Shown here piece after piece: positions 1 to 8,960 of a stretch of 64,000 nt of DNA. The notes below the pieces were generated by a model that saw only the letters and a list, made by a program, of their open reading frames with translations, searched no databases and was not told the origin of the DNA. The first letter of the stretch is position 1; each line of letters starts with the position of its first letter. This DNA is from Bdellovibrio sp. (GTDB lineage: Bacteria > Bdellovibrionota > Bdellovibrionia > Bdellovibrionales > Bdellovibrionaceae), in contig JAKFCY010000002.1 in the NCBI GenBank assembly GCA_036676395.1, forward strand, positions 416,001 through 480,000, read 5' to 3'. The position numbers and the translations under genes are program-made.

Positions 1-59
1 GCTAATAGTTTATTTAATCTGATTTGGTGTTTTTGATTTGTCTGAATAGTATCTGACAT
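1..59 (-). CDS. 5' end of a probable S4-domain rRNA pseudouridine synthase (RsuA/RluB/RluF family), truncated by the window edge
   Basis: Not in the ORF track. The reverse complement from ATG at 59 reads MSDTIQTNQKHQIRLNKLLA. 'IRLNKLLA' is the typical start of an N-terminal S4 domain. A purine-rich AAGAGAG lies just upstream. Only about 20 codons are visible. Confidence 0.55.
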   Translation of the reverse strand, partial: MSDTIQTNQKHQIRLNKLL

Positions 60-71
60 AGGAACTCTCTT

Positions 72-119
72 TCTGCGCGTCTCCCGACGGGCAAAGTTAC
101 GTATCTCACGACAGGTAAC
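72..119 (-). promoter_or_regulatory. Tandem twin GNRA hairpins in the 5' leader of the S4-domain gene (candidate cis-regulatory RNA)
   Basis: Minus strand GUUACCUGUC-GUGA-GAUACGUAAC is immediately followed by UUUGCCCGUC-GGGA-GACGCGCAGA. Each has a 10-position stem with one C.C mismatch. Confidence 0.6.
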
Positions 120-152
120 ATAAGTTATATAACATTCGTCGGCGACGAAATT

Positions 153-1892
153 CTATTCAAGAGCTTTAAGCACTTTTGGCTTTAAATCTTCCCAATCTAA
201 AAATTGGGTAAAGGTTAACTCTGAAAGAATGTCCCCACTTTTATTGATAAATATGACTGTTGGCAAGCCTTTGATTTTATACTTTTCAAGAATTTGTTTA
301 ACTTCAGGGATATCCTCGGTAGCGTCGATTTTAACGAGTTTGAATTGCTTAGATAGCTCAATAAATTCAGGATTCGTGTAAGTTTTTTCCTCTAGTTCAT
401 GGCAGGCGGCACACCATTCGGCGAAAAAGTCTAAAATGACGGGCTGGTTGTCAGCCTTTGCCTGGGCTATCACCGCCTCAGAATAAGGGGTCCATTTGAT
501 TAATAACTCGGTCACATCTTCGGCTTTGTTGTTAAAAACGGGGCTAACATATTCACGTTTAAAAATCGATAAAAGCGTCAGTGTCAGTGAAGCCACAAAC
601 ACGATAATAAACAAACCCTGGCGATAAGGGTGTTTTCGTTGAAAGTGAAAAGCCCCTTGCCAGATCGAAATTGTTAAAAATGTTAAACCTAAAACCATGA
701 TCCAATATTCCATCGGGATAACAAATTTTAGATAATACAGAGCTACTAAAATCATTAATAAGCCTAAAGCGAATTTGATAAATTCCATCCACGGTCCAGA
801 GCGTGGCAGCTTTTTTAACAGCTGGCTTGAAGCACCGATGGCAATAAAAATTAAACCTAAGCCTAAAGCGTAAGTAAAAAGTAAGGTAAAACCTAACACC
901 GCATTTTGCGTTGTTGATACAAAACTTAAAATTGAAACCAGCACAGGGCCTACGCATGGACTTGCCACGATACCTGCGACCATTCCCATAAAAAAAGCAC
1001 CTGCATAGCCACGGCTTTTTCCTGTGCCGAAACGATTTCTGATAAAGGCGGGCACTTGTAATTCAAAGGCTCCCCACATACTTAAAGCCATTAAAACAAA
1101 TAAGCCAACCATAGATAATACTACCCATTTATTAGCTAGGGCGTGGCCAAAGATCGCTCCGGTCAAAGCCGCCAGCACTCCTAATGAAGAGTACGTAACA
1201 GCGATTCCTAAAACATAAAATATCGAGCGTAAGATATTTTGCAGGCGAGATTTTTCGTGAGCCTCATTGCCCAAAATGGAAAGGGTGATCGGAATCATCG
1301 GAAAAATACACGGCGTGAAACTTGTTAAGATACCAGCTAAGAATACTAATAAAAAAGTTAAGTAGAAATTTTTTGAAAGTTGATTTTCAATTGTGCCTGC
1401 AGAAAACATCGACATTGAAGTGTTTTCTGTCGCTTCTTTCATTTGCACAAAATTCACATCAATTGCGATTGTCTGTGTTTTTGGAAGAAAACAAACTTGG
1501 TCGCTGCAAATTTGATATTTTAAATCAAACATCAGCTTTTCCATTTTGCTGCTTACTTTTTCAGGTGATTCAATTTGTAATTCGATTTCGCCGGTTTCAA
1601 AAAGACCTTTGCGATTTTTTTTCGTGTATTTATCGTAGAATTCAACTTCTGGTTTTAGTTTTAATTGTCCAACCTGAAAGCTGTTTGGCTGAATATTTGA
1701 AATTTTAAATTGATCCGCGTAGGCGTGAAAATTTTTAGGCAGAGTCATCGTGATGCGCGCTGACTTTATCTGGCCTTCTTGCAAAGTGAGGGGCTGAGTT
1801 ACGACTTGAAATTGGGCTTCGCCAGTCTGAGCGGTGGCGGCAGTCCAGGAAAAAAGCGAAATAAATGTGAAAATTGCCAAGATGTTGGTCAT
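153..1892 (-). CDS. dsbD: Thiol:disulfide interchange protein DsbD
   Basis: Signal peptide, N-domain ICSDQVC, TM domain with TPC and SPC cysteines, C-terminal thioredoxin WCAAC. Start placed at ATG 1892 (GAAGGG upstream); the ORF extends to 1949. Confidence 0.92.
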   Translation of the reverse strand: MTNILAIFTFISLFSWTAATAQTGEAQFQVVTQPLTLQEGQIKSARITMTLPKNFHAYADQFKISNIQPNSFQVGQLKLKPEVEFYDKYTKKNRKGLFETGEIELQIESPEKVSSKMEKLMFDLKYQICSDQVCFLPKTQTIAIDVNFVQMKEATENTSMSMFSAGTIENQLSKNFYLTFLLVFLAGILTSFTPCIFPMIPITLSILGNEAHEKSRLQNILRSIFYVLGIAVTYSSLGVLAALTGAIFGHALANKWVVLSMVGLFVLMALSMWGAFELQVPAFIRNRFGTGKSRGYAGAFFMGMVAGIVASPCVGPVLVSILSFVSTTQNAVLGFTLLFTYALGLGLIFIAIGASSQLLKKLPRSGPWMEFIKFALGLLMILVALYYLKFVIPMEYWIMVLGLTFLTISIWQGAFHFQRKHPYRQGLFIIVFVASLTLTLLSIFKREYVSPVFNNKAEDVTELLIKWTPYSEAVIAQAKADNQPVILDFFAEWCAACHELEEKTYTNPEFIELSKQFKLVKIDATEDIPEVKQILEKYKIKGLPTVIFINKSGDILSELTFTQFLDWEDLKPKVLKALE

Positions 1893-1990
1893 AGTTACCC
1901 TTCGGAAGGTCATGGTCTTTAATTTACCACTAAACCTTACTAAAGACATTCGAAAAACCCAGACCTTTTTCCAGTTTCGCCAGGCGTGTA

Positions 1991-2018
1991 TTAACTTTGG
2001 TCACCAGTGTACCGATTA
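1991..2018 (+). promoter_or_regulatory. Sigma28 (FliA)-like promoter of motAB
   Basis: TTAA-N16-ACCGATTA, 24 nt upstream of the motA ATG. Confidence 0.6.
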
Positions 2019-2042
2019 AAGATTGTAGAAAAAGAGGTCTCA

Positions 2043-2912
2043 ATGGGATTTGTAGGTATATTAGTCGTTTTCGCCATGGTATTTGGTGGATATGCGTTAG
2101 CAGGCGGTAGCTTCGGCGTCATCATTAGTTCTGCGCCTATTGAAATGATGATTATCGGTGGAGCAGCTTTAGGTGCATACATCATTGGTAATCCGATGAA
2201 AGTTATCAAAGCGGGTTTCAAATTATCGATTGCTGCTATGACATCAAAAGGTCCACAGAAAAAAGACTATTTAGATTTGTTACAAATGTTATTCCAATTA
2301 TTTCAGGTATTTCGTAAAGAAGGCCCACAAGGGGTCGAGAAACATATCGAACAACCTGATCAAAGTGATATTTTCAAAGCGTATCCGTCAGTGATGAAAA
2401 ATCATCATGCGGTTCACTTTTTATGTGACACGATGAAAGTTATTTTATCTACAGATTTATCTCAGTACGACATCGATGACTTAATGGATAACGATTTAAA
2501 AGCCATTCATGCTGAAGAACATTTAGCACAACATGCGGTGCAAATGGTGGCCGATGGATTCCCTGGTTTAGGGATCGTTGCTGCCGTTCTAGGTATCGTT
2601 AAAACTATGGGACATTTAACTGAAGGTAATGAAAAGATCGGTCAGTTAGTTGCCGGCGCTCTAGTAGGAACAATGTTAGGGGTTTTCGGTGCTTACGGTC
2701 TTATTGGTCCGACAGCTACGAAAATGGCTTCTGATATTGAAGCTGAAGGTCGTTTTTTAAATTGTATTAAAGCAGCAGTTGTTGCGCTTCAACGTGGATC
2801 GCCTCCGTTAGTGTGTGTTGAGTACGCCCGTCGTACGATCATGCCTGAAGAGCGTCCGACATTTGATGAACTAGATAAAGCTACAAAAGATATTAAAAAA
2901 GCAGCGGCTTAA
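2043..2912 (+). CDS. motA: Flagellar stator protein MotA
   Basis: 4-TM MotA with PGLGIVAAVLG and GALVGTMLG motifs. ATG 2043 preceded by GAGG. Confidence 0.95.
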   Translation: MGFVGILVVFAMVFGGYALAGGSFGVIISSAPIEMMIIGGAALGAYIIGNPMKVIKAGFKLSIAAMTSKGPQKKDYLDLLQMLFQLFQVFRKEGPQGVEKHIEQPDQSDIFKAYPSVMKNHHAVHFLCDTMKVILSTDLSQYDIDDLMDNDLKAIHAEEHLAQHAVQMVADGFPGLGIVAAVLGIVKTMGHLTEGNEKIGQLVAGALVGTMLGVFGAYGLIGPTATKMASDIEAEGRFLNCIKAAVVALQRGSPPLVCVEYARRTIMPEERPTFDELDKATKDIKKAAA

Positions 2913-2933
2913 TCGCACGGACGGAAATAGATT

Positions 2934-3887
2934 ATGGCTAAGAAACAACAAATCGTTATCAAGAAAATCATCGTACAGGGCGGCGGACACCATGGCGGAT
3001 CATGGAAGGTTGCTCTTGCGGATTTTATGACCGCGATGATGGCGTTCTTCTTAGTTATGTGGTTAATGAGTCAATCTGATCAAACTAAAAAAGCGATATC
3101 TGATTATTTTTCGACACCATCTGTGATCGAATACAATTTTCAAAACTTCGGTGCAGAAATTACTTTAGAAAAATTGTTCTTAGATTTCGTAAATGAACCA
3201 TTAAAAGCGATGCAAAGTTTTATGGAGCCTTCAACAAAAAGCCCGAATGTGTTAGACATGGGCTCTGAAAAAGTCGTAGCCGCTTACATGGCTGATAAAA
3301 TGACTGATATCGCAAAGAATGTTGAAATTTCACAGGATGGTTTTGATTTTGATATTCCAGATGTTTATTTATTCGAACGTGGTACCTCGCAACCAAAGGT
3401 AAACTTTGTTGATGTAATGGATAAATTAACTGCGGTAACTGCGGGATTAAAAGATGCAGAAATTAAAATTACTTCAGCGCTTTTTATACAGCTAGTTGCA
3501 GATCAAACGGTAAAAACAGCTGATAAAGTAGCATTAGAGCGTTTAGCGTTAATCACAAATAAAGTGAATGCTTCATTTGATGGTACAACGAACACTGTAA
3601 TCGGTGCGACGAATATCAAAGATAAAAAAGGTGATTACGATCCAGATCGTTTGATGGGATTTGTTCGTATCAACATTCGTCAAAAAGAAAGCACCGATGG
3701 TAAAAAACGTCGTAAGCTTGAGACTTTATTTGGTGGAAAAAAACAAAGTCGCTTAGAACTTGTGCCGCAAGATAAAGCCAAAGCAAAACCTGCTCAAGGC
3801 CTTGATCCTAATATTATTAATCCGGTTGATATCGAAGTGATGAAGCTAGAGCAGGAATTTAATCCTGGCAGCGGTCTTAACGAGTAA
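2934..3887 (+). CDS. motB: Flagellar stator protein MotB (divergent C-terminal domain)
   Basis: [26 protein letters not shown] plug/TM motif with the conserved Asp; follows motA. Confidence 0.9.
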   Translation: MAKKQQIVIKKIIVQGGGHHGGSWKVALADFMTAMMAFFLVMWLMSQSDQTKKAISDYFSTPSVIEYNFQNFGAEITLEKLFLDFVNEPLKAMQSFMEPSTKSPNVLDMGSEKVVAAYMADKMTDIAKNVEISQDGFDFDIPDVYLFERGTSQPKVNFVDVMDKLTAVTAGLKDAEIKITSALFIQLVADQTVKTADKVALERLALITNKVNASFDGTTNTVIGATNIKDKKGDYDPDRLMGFVRINIRQKESTDGKKRRKLETLFGGKKQSRLELVPQDKAKAKPAQGLDPNIINPVDIEVMKLEQEFNPGSGLNE

Positions 3888-3891
3888 ATAA

Positions 3892-4638
3892 TTAATACGT
3901 CAAAGACATTGCTAAAAAATAACCTAAACGTGAGCGGTTGCCAAACTGTGAAGTGTTAGTCGGCAAAGTCATGCCGGCCTCAAGTTTTCCATTCGGAAAA
4001 GCGTTGTAATAGGCCGTGCCGAACATATCAATGTAATTGCTATATCGCTGTGAATATTCCATCGTGTAACCAGCACCTAATTCTAAGCCGGTTTTTTCAG
4101 TATACTTTTTATTGAACTTAACACGTGTATAATAGGCCGAAGAGGCTGTACCTTCGTAATTGTTTTGCCACTCCAAAAGTCCAGTGAAGCGGCCGTAATC
4201 TAACTTAAAGCCATAACGAATGCCGTTCAGTGACTGGGTTTTATAATAGTGATCATCGTGAACGTAAAACACAAACTTAGAATTTGTTTGAAAATCGACA
4301 TAAACTTCAGCCATGTACTTGATCCAAAGATTATCATCGTCATTACCTAATTTTGAAATATTAGAACCCCAAAAGCCAAATTTTAGTTGGCTTCCTAGGT
4401 TAACTAAAAATGCAGCATTCATGGCAAAACCGCCATTACTCATAGACAGTCCGCGATCAATAAAATTTGAAGTTAAACGTGCATAGCCAGAGACATCATA
4501 GCTGGGTTGTGCTCCTGTTTCGTCTTTCTTTTTATCTTTATCGCCAGGGCCCGCAGAAAAAGTGGGGGCTGCCATCGCAAACTGAGCAGTCAGCGTGAAA
4601 ACAAAAAACAGTAGTACCATATGGCGCAAAAGGATCAT
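3892..4638 (-). CDS. Putative outer-membrane beta-barrel (TorF/TIGR02001-like porin)
   Basis: Signal peptide, LTSNFIDRGLS and GFWGSN motifs, amphipathic strands, C-terminal aromatic residue. Confidence 0.65.
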   Translation of the reverse strand: MILLRHMVLLFFVFTLTAQFAMAAPTFSAGPGDKDKKKDETGAQPSYDVSGYARLTSNFIDRGLSMSNGGFAMNAAFLVNLGSQLKFGFWGSNISKLGNDDDNLWIKYMAEVYVDFQTNSKFVFYVHDDHYYKTQSLNGIRYGFKLDYGRFTGLLEWQNNYEGTASSAYYTRVKFNKKYTEKTGLELGAGYTMEYSQRYSNYIDMFGTAYYNAFPNGKLEAGMTLPTNTSQFGNRSRLGYFLAMSLTY

Positions 4639-4657
4639 TTATTTATTGTCAGAACTA

Positions 4658-4686
4658 TTGGACAAATAAGCAATCAAAGCTAGAAT
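4658..4686 (+). promoter_or_regulatory. Sigma70-like promoter of the exonuclease-WYL gene
   Basis: TTGGAC-N17-TAGAAT. Confidence 0.5.
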
Positions 4687-4708
4687 ATACATACTAAAGT
4701 TGGAGTAT

Positions 4709-5536
4709 ATGAGCCTATTTAACGAAGTTTCCCTGTGGTCTGATTATCCGATTGTGGCATTTGACACTGAGACCAGTGGTCCATATGCACTGGAGTCAGA
4801 AATTGTCGAGCTTGGCGCAGTTAAGTGGCACCAAGGAAAGATCATCGGTCAGTTTCAAACTTTATTAAAACCCGCTAAGCCGATGACTCAAGATAATATA
4901 AATATTCACGGTATTACTAATGAGATGGTAGCTGATGCGCCATTAATAAAAGATCAAATTTTACCTTTCTGTGAATTTATTCAGGATTCATTGTTAATTG
5001 CACATCATGCACCGTTTGATTTAGGTTTTGTGGCGCCTGAAATTGAAAAAGCCGGGTTGGCTTTTCCGAATAATGTGCATTTTTGTTCGAGCTTAATTTC
5101 ACGGGCTTTACTGCATACGACAAATCACAAACTACAAACTTTGGTGAAAGAATTGAATTTAGTCGGTGGCGACGCACATCGCGCCTATGATGATGCTTAC
5201 GCTTGCCTGCAAGTGTTTTTTAAAGCTACAGAAAAATTAGATTTTGCTTCACTTGAAAAGTTAAAGTCAGTGCAAGCTAAAAAATTGTCGTGGAGTGACT
5301 ATTCACTTTTTAATAAAACCACTGAAAAAATTAAATCTATAGTTGATGCCATTCAAAAAGAAAAAACCATTCAGATAGTTTATGAAGGCGGGCAAAGTAA
5401 AAATAAATTGCGCCCCATCACACCAAAAGGAATCGTAAGAAATCCTGATGGTGATTATGTGCACGCAATTTGCGGTTTAGATAACGAGCGTAAACGTTTC
5501 TATCTGTCTAAGATTTCAGATATCGAATTAGTTTAA
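4709..5536 (+). CDS. DEDDh 3'-5' exonuclease (DnaQ-like) fused to a C-terminal WYL domain
   Basis: ExoI FDTETSG, ExoII HHAPFD, ExoIII HRAYDDA. C-terminal IVY..RPITP..YVHAIC..RKRFYLSKI fits the WYL pattern. ATG 4709 preceded by GGAG. Confidence 0.85.
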   Translation: MSLFNEVSLWSDYPIVAFDTETSGPYALESEIVELGAVKWHQGKIIGQFQTLLKPAKPMTQDNINIHGITNEMVADAPLIKDQILPFCEFIQDSLLIAHHAPFDLGFVAPEIEKAGLAFPNNVHFCSSLISRALLHTTNHKLQTLVKELNLVGGDAHRAYDDAYACLQVFFKATEKLDFASLEKLKSVQAKKLSWSDYSLFNKTTEKIKSIVDAIQKEKTIQIVYEGGQSKNKLRPITPKGIVRNPDGDYVHAICGLDNERKRFYLSKISDIELV

Positions 5537-6435
5537 TCGTCTTTTTTGATTTCGATAATACGGGCTTTGATTTTTTCAGCTAAAATTTCAAGATGACGAA
5601 AGTCATCGCCGGCACGAAGCTGTAAAGCCTTTTTCTCTTCCTCTAAGCCCTTGCCATCAAGGGCTGCACTTAAAAAACGCTCAAAAGCATACACAGGGCC
5701 TGCAATTCGGTGCGAGATAAATTTTGCGACGGCAAAGAGCGAAATTGAAAATGCCAAAACCATTATACCAAATGAGACTAAAAAGGCTTTTGTGTATTCA
5801 GCATGATCATCGTAAACACCCAGTTCTTTGAGCGCCAGCTTGAAATAAGTGTACGAAAAAACCATGCAGATTAATGAAATTAATACGCCTGAAGTAATAA
5901 AAATAAAAGCATACTTTAATTGAAATTTTCTATTGATCCAAAATTTATTTCTGTAATCTTGATCTGGCCATAACTCTTTACCATCTTTAAATAAAGAAAA
6001 TATTAATAAACCGTAACCAACCCATTGAATCATATCAGCAAGATTCCAGATCGGAGTATGAAAAGTGCCAAATTGCAGACTGATAAAATCAACAACGAAA
6101 CCATAGTAAGTGCGGTCTAAGACATTACCTAAAATTCCACCGACTAATAAGGATAGTCCAAGTCTTAAGCGAAGAACTTTAACGGGCACTAAAAACTGTA
6201 AAAACGCATATAAGCTTAAAATAAAAAAGCCGCTCGTAGATAGTGTAACAACGCGAAGAAATGCAGGTAATTTAGAAAATAGGCCAAGCATAGCGCCATC
6301 ATTTTGAACCAGAATCAAATGCAGTGGGCCGATCCAGCGCTCGGGTTGTTCCCACGCCCAATTTTTCGAGGCTTGGTCGACAATTATTGCTAAAAACAGT
6401 GTTGCAACGACCAAAAGCCAATCTTTAGTTTTCAT
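5533..6435 (-). CDS. lspA: Lipoprotein signal peptidase II with a C-terminal 2TM + HAMP-like extension
   Basis: DQASK, NDGAM, GNVLDR, VVDFI and WNLAD motifs in the N-terminal ~150 aa; about 145 extra residues follow. Confidence 0.85.
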   Translation of the reverse strand: MKTKDWLLVVATLFLAIIVDQASKNWAWEQPERWIGPLHLILVQNDGAMLGLFSKLPAFLRVVTLSTSGFFILSLYAFLQFLVPVKVLRLRLGLSLLVGGILGNVLDRTYYGFVVDFISLQFGTFHTPIWNLADMIQWVGYGLLIFSLFKDGKELWPDQDYRNKFWINRKFQLKYAFIFITSGVLISLICMVFSYTYFKLALKELGVYDDHAEYTKAFLVSFGIMVLAFSISLFAVAKFISHRIAGPVYAFERFLSAALDGKGLEEEKKALQLRAGDDFRHLEILAEKIKARIIEIKKDD

Positions 6436-6464
6436 ATTCTTATTTTGCCGATACAGTTGATAAA

Positions 6465-7865
6465 ATGAACTACATATTGCGATTATTAATTTTACTCAAC
6501 TATTGTCTAGCGATCCTGGGATCGACTTGTCTAGCGTCTCAGGCTTTCGCACAATCACTCCAGTCAGAAGTTAAAGAAATTCTAATCAAAAACAAGATTA
6601 ACCCAGATCATGTTGGTTTAGTAATTTCTTTAAAAGATCAAAACATCTACGAGAACAATCCGAAGAAATTATATATTCCGGCTTCAATTTCTAAATTATT
6701 AACTTCGTATTCAGTTTTAAAAAACATTGATCTCACACAAAAATTTAAAACTGAGTTGTATTTTGATGGTAAAAACCTATATCTCAAAGGCGGCGGAGAC
6801 CCAAGTTTTGTATCTGAAAATCTTTGGTATTTAGTCAACGAATTCACACGTCAAAAAATCGGAGTGATCAATGGCGATATCATCGTTGATGACTATTATT
6901 TTGATGATGTGCGCTTTGATGGCTCACGTGAATCAGTACGAGTTGATCGTTCTTATGATGCCCCAGTCGGCGCTATGAGTTTCAACTGGAATTCTGTTAA
7001 TATTTTTGTTAAACCCGGAGAAATAACAGATGGAAAAGCGCAAGTAGTACTTGATCCACAAAATTTATATTTCACTTTAGTTAATCAGACGACGACCCGG
7101 ACAAAAAAGCTCACACGTGAATTAATCATTGATGTAAATCAAAAAACCCGCACGATCACCGTAACTGGTGATGTGTTAAAAGGCGGGATTGAAAAAGCCT
7201 ACTATAAAAACGTGGCTGATCCAGAAATGTGGGCTGGCGAAAATCTAAAAGCCTTTTTAGCTCAAAGAAATATCGAAGTTAAAGGTAAAATTAGGCATGG
7301 TAAAACTCCGGGCAGCGCCGATAAACTGGTGACTTTCGAAAGTAAAAGTTTATCGATGATTCTTGCTGATATGAATAAATTTTCGAATAACTATGTCGCC
7401 GAGATGTTAACAAAAAATTTGGCTGCATTATCCGGTGAAACTCCTGCCACCTTATCAACTGGTGTTAAAGTTATTCAAAAAAACTTAAAAGAATTGGGCT
7501 TAGCCAAAGATGATTTTACCATGTTAAATCCCTCAGGCTTAACTCGTGATAATAAATTATCGGCGCAAGGCATGAATGTAGTCTTAAAAGCGATGCAAAA
7601 TGACTTTCGCTACTTTCCGACCTTATTAGATTCACTGCCAATTTCAGCGATTGATGGCACTCTAAAAAAACGCATGAAAAATACTGTAGCCGCAGGATTT
7701 GTGCGCGCAAAAACCGGGTATTTAGACGGCGTTGTCACTTTAGCTGGCTATGCTGGACATAAGGATGGCGATATATACCGCTTCGCGTTTCTATACAATG
7801 GTCCACAAGATGAGGCCCGCGTGCGTGAAGCTTTTGATCAAATATTGATTTCCCTATTAAAATAG
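6465..7865 (+). CDS. dacB: D-Ala-D-Ala carboxypeptidase/endopeptidase (PBP4, peptidase S13)
   Basis: PASISK (SxxK), GGGDP, SNN and KTG motifs; signal peptide. Confidence 0.93.
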   Translation: MNYILRLLILLNYCLAILGSTCLASQAFAQSLQSEVKEILIKNKINPDHVGLVISLKDQNIYENNPKKLYIPASISKLLTSYSVLKNIDLTQKFKTELYFDGKNLYLKGGGDPSFVSENLWYLVNEFTRQKIGVINGDIIVDDYYFDDVRFDGSRESVRVDRSYDAPVGAMSFNWNSVNIFVKPGEITDGKAQVVLDPQNLYFTLVNQTTTRTKKLTRELIIDVNQKTRTITVTGDVLKGGIEKAYYKNVADPEMWAGENLKAFLAQRNIEVKGKIRHGKTPGSADKLVTFESKSLSMILADMNKFSNNYVAEMLTKNLAALSGETPATLSTGVKVIQKNLKELGLAKDDFTMLNPSGLTRDNKLSAQGMNVVLKAMQNDFRYFPTLLDSLPISAIDGTLKKRMKNTVAAGFVRAKTGYLDGVVTLAGYAGHKDGDIYRFAFLYNGPQDEARVREAFDQILISLLK

Positions 7866-7869
7866 ATAG

Positions 7870-8958
7870 GTGAGATATTTATTATTTATTATAGCGTGTC
7901 TAATTGGATTAAGTGCTCAAGCTTTGGTGACTCCTTGGAGTTCATCTTTGCCAAAAAAATCTAAATTTAAAGCCAATGCGGATTTGCGCGGTCGCGTAGA
8001 TTTTTGGAAAAAAATTTATTCTGAAGTTTCTGAAAATGCCGGCTTATTTCATGACCCGGATTTTCCTGAATTTACTTTTGGTGAAATCAGCTGGGAACAT
8101 ATTAAAAACGACAGAAGTTTAACGGCTGCTGAAAAAAAGAAAAAGATTAATGCTCTGATTCAGTATGAGCGCATTCGTTTGGCAGCTAAGCACAAAATTA
8201 AAGATTTAAAACGGTTACGCTTACAAACCGGTTTAAAAGAACGCATGCAAAAAGCGTTGTTTCTATCAGGTCAATATTTACCTATGATGGAAGAAGTTTT
8301 TCGTAAGAAAAAGCTGCCGATCGAATTATCGCGTCTGCCGTTTGTTGAAAGTTCATTTAATGTGAACGCACAATCGAAAGTGGGTGCGAGTGGCTTATGG
8401 CAAATTATGCCATTCGTGGCGCGCCCTGAAGGCTATATCAAACGTTATTATGATAAACGCAATCATCCGTATTACGCGACATTATTAGCCGCTGATATGT
8501 TAGGTGATAACTATCGCGCCTTAAAAAAATGGCCACTGGCAATTTCAGCTTACAATCATGGTTTAGGCGGAATCAAAAAAATGGTGCGCGTAAGCCAGTC
8601 AAATTATTTGCCAGATTTGATCGGTTCTGAAGACAGAACAAAAAGTTGGGGATTTGCCTCTGAAAATTTTTACGCCTGCTTTTTAGCCGCATTAGAAGTG
8701 GAAAGAGAAGCTAAGTCTTTATTTGGCGATGATATCTTAAAGGCCCAACCGATGGCGATGAATCGTGTGGTCACGAAAAAAGCAACTCCTAAAAAAGAAG
8801 CGTTAAAATATTTCAATGGTAGTCTTGTCAAGATGAAGAAATACAACCCGCATTTAAATATGTCTGCTTTTAAAAAGACGAAAATGATTCCGTCGGGGGT
8901 GCCTTTAATCTTACCAAAAAAAGCCAGCACCAAATTCTTTAAAACCGCTGGGCGATAA
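7870..8958 (+). CDS. Lytic transglycosylase (SLT/MltD-like)
   Basis: VESSF catalytic Glu, ASGLWQIMP, AYNHG; signal peptide; GTG start. Confidence 0.9.
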   Translation: MRYLLFIIACLIGLSAQALVTPWSSSLPKKSKFKANADLRGRVDFWKKIYSEVSENAGLFHDPDFPEFTFGEISWEHIKNDRSLTAAEKKKKINALIQYERIRLAAKHKIKDLKRLRLQTGLKERMQKALFLSGQYLPMMEEVFRKKKLPIELSRLPFVESSFNVNAQSKVGASGLWQIMPFVARPEGYIKRYYDKRNHPYYATLLAADMLGDNYRALKKWPLAISAYNHGLGGIKKMVRVSQSNYLPDLIGSEDRTKSWGFASENFYACFLAALEVEREAKSLFGDDILKAQPMAMNRVVTKKATPKKEALKYFNGSLVKMKKYNPHLNMSAFKKTKMIPSGVPLILPKKASTKFFKTAGR

Positions 8959-8960
8959 AA

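Noticed and set aside
89..119. c-di-GMP-I riboswitch (GGCAAA plus hairpin on the + strand)
   Set aside because: Wrong strand for the adjacent gene, no GNRA-receptor P3 architecture, and the GNRA loops form on the minus strand.
6447..6454. GCCGATAC as a sigma28 -10 for dacB (and GCCGATCT at 28289 for the PhoD-like gene)
   Set aside because: No TAAA-like -35 at the N16 spacing seen in the other sites.
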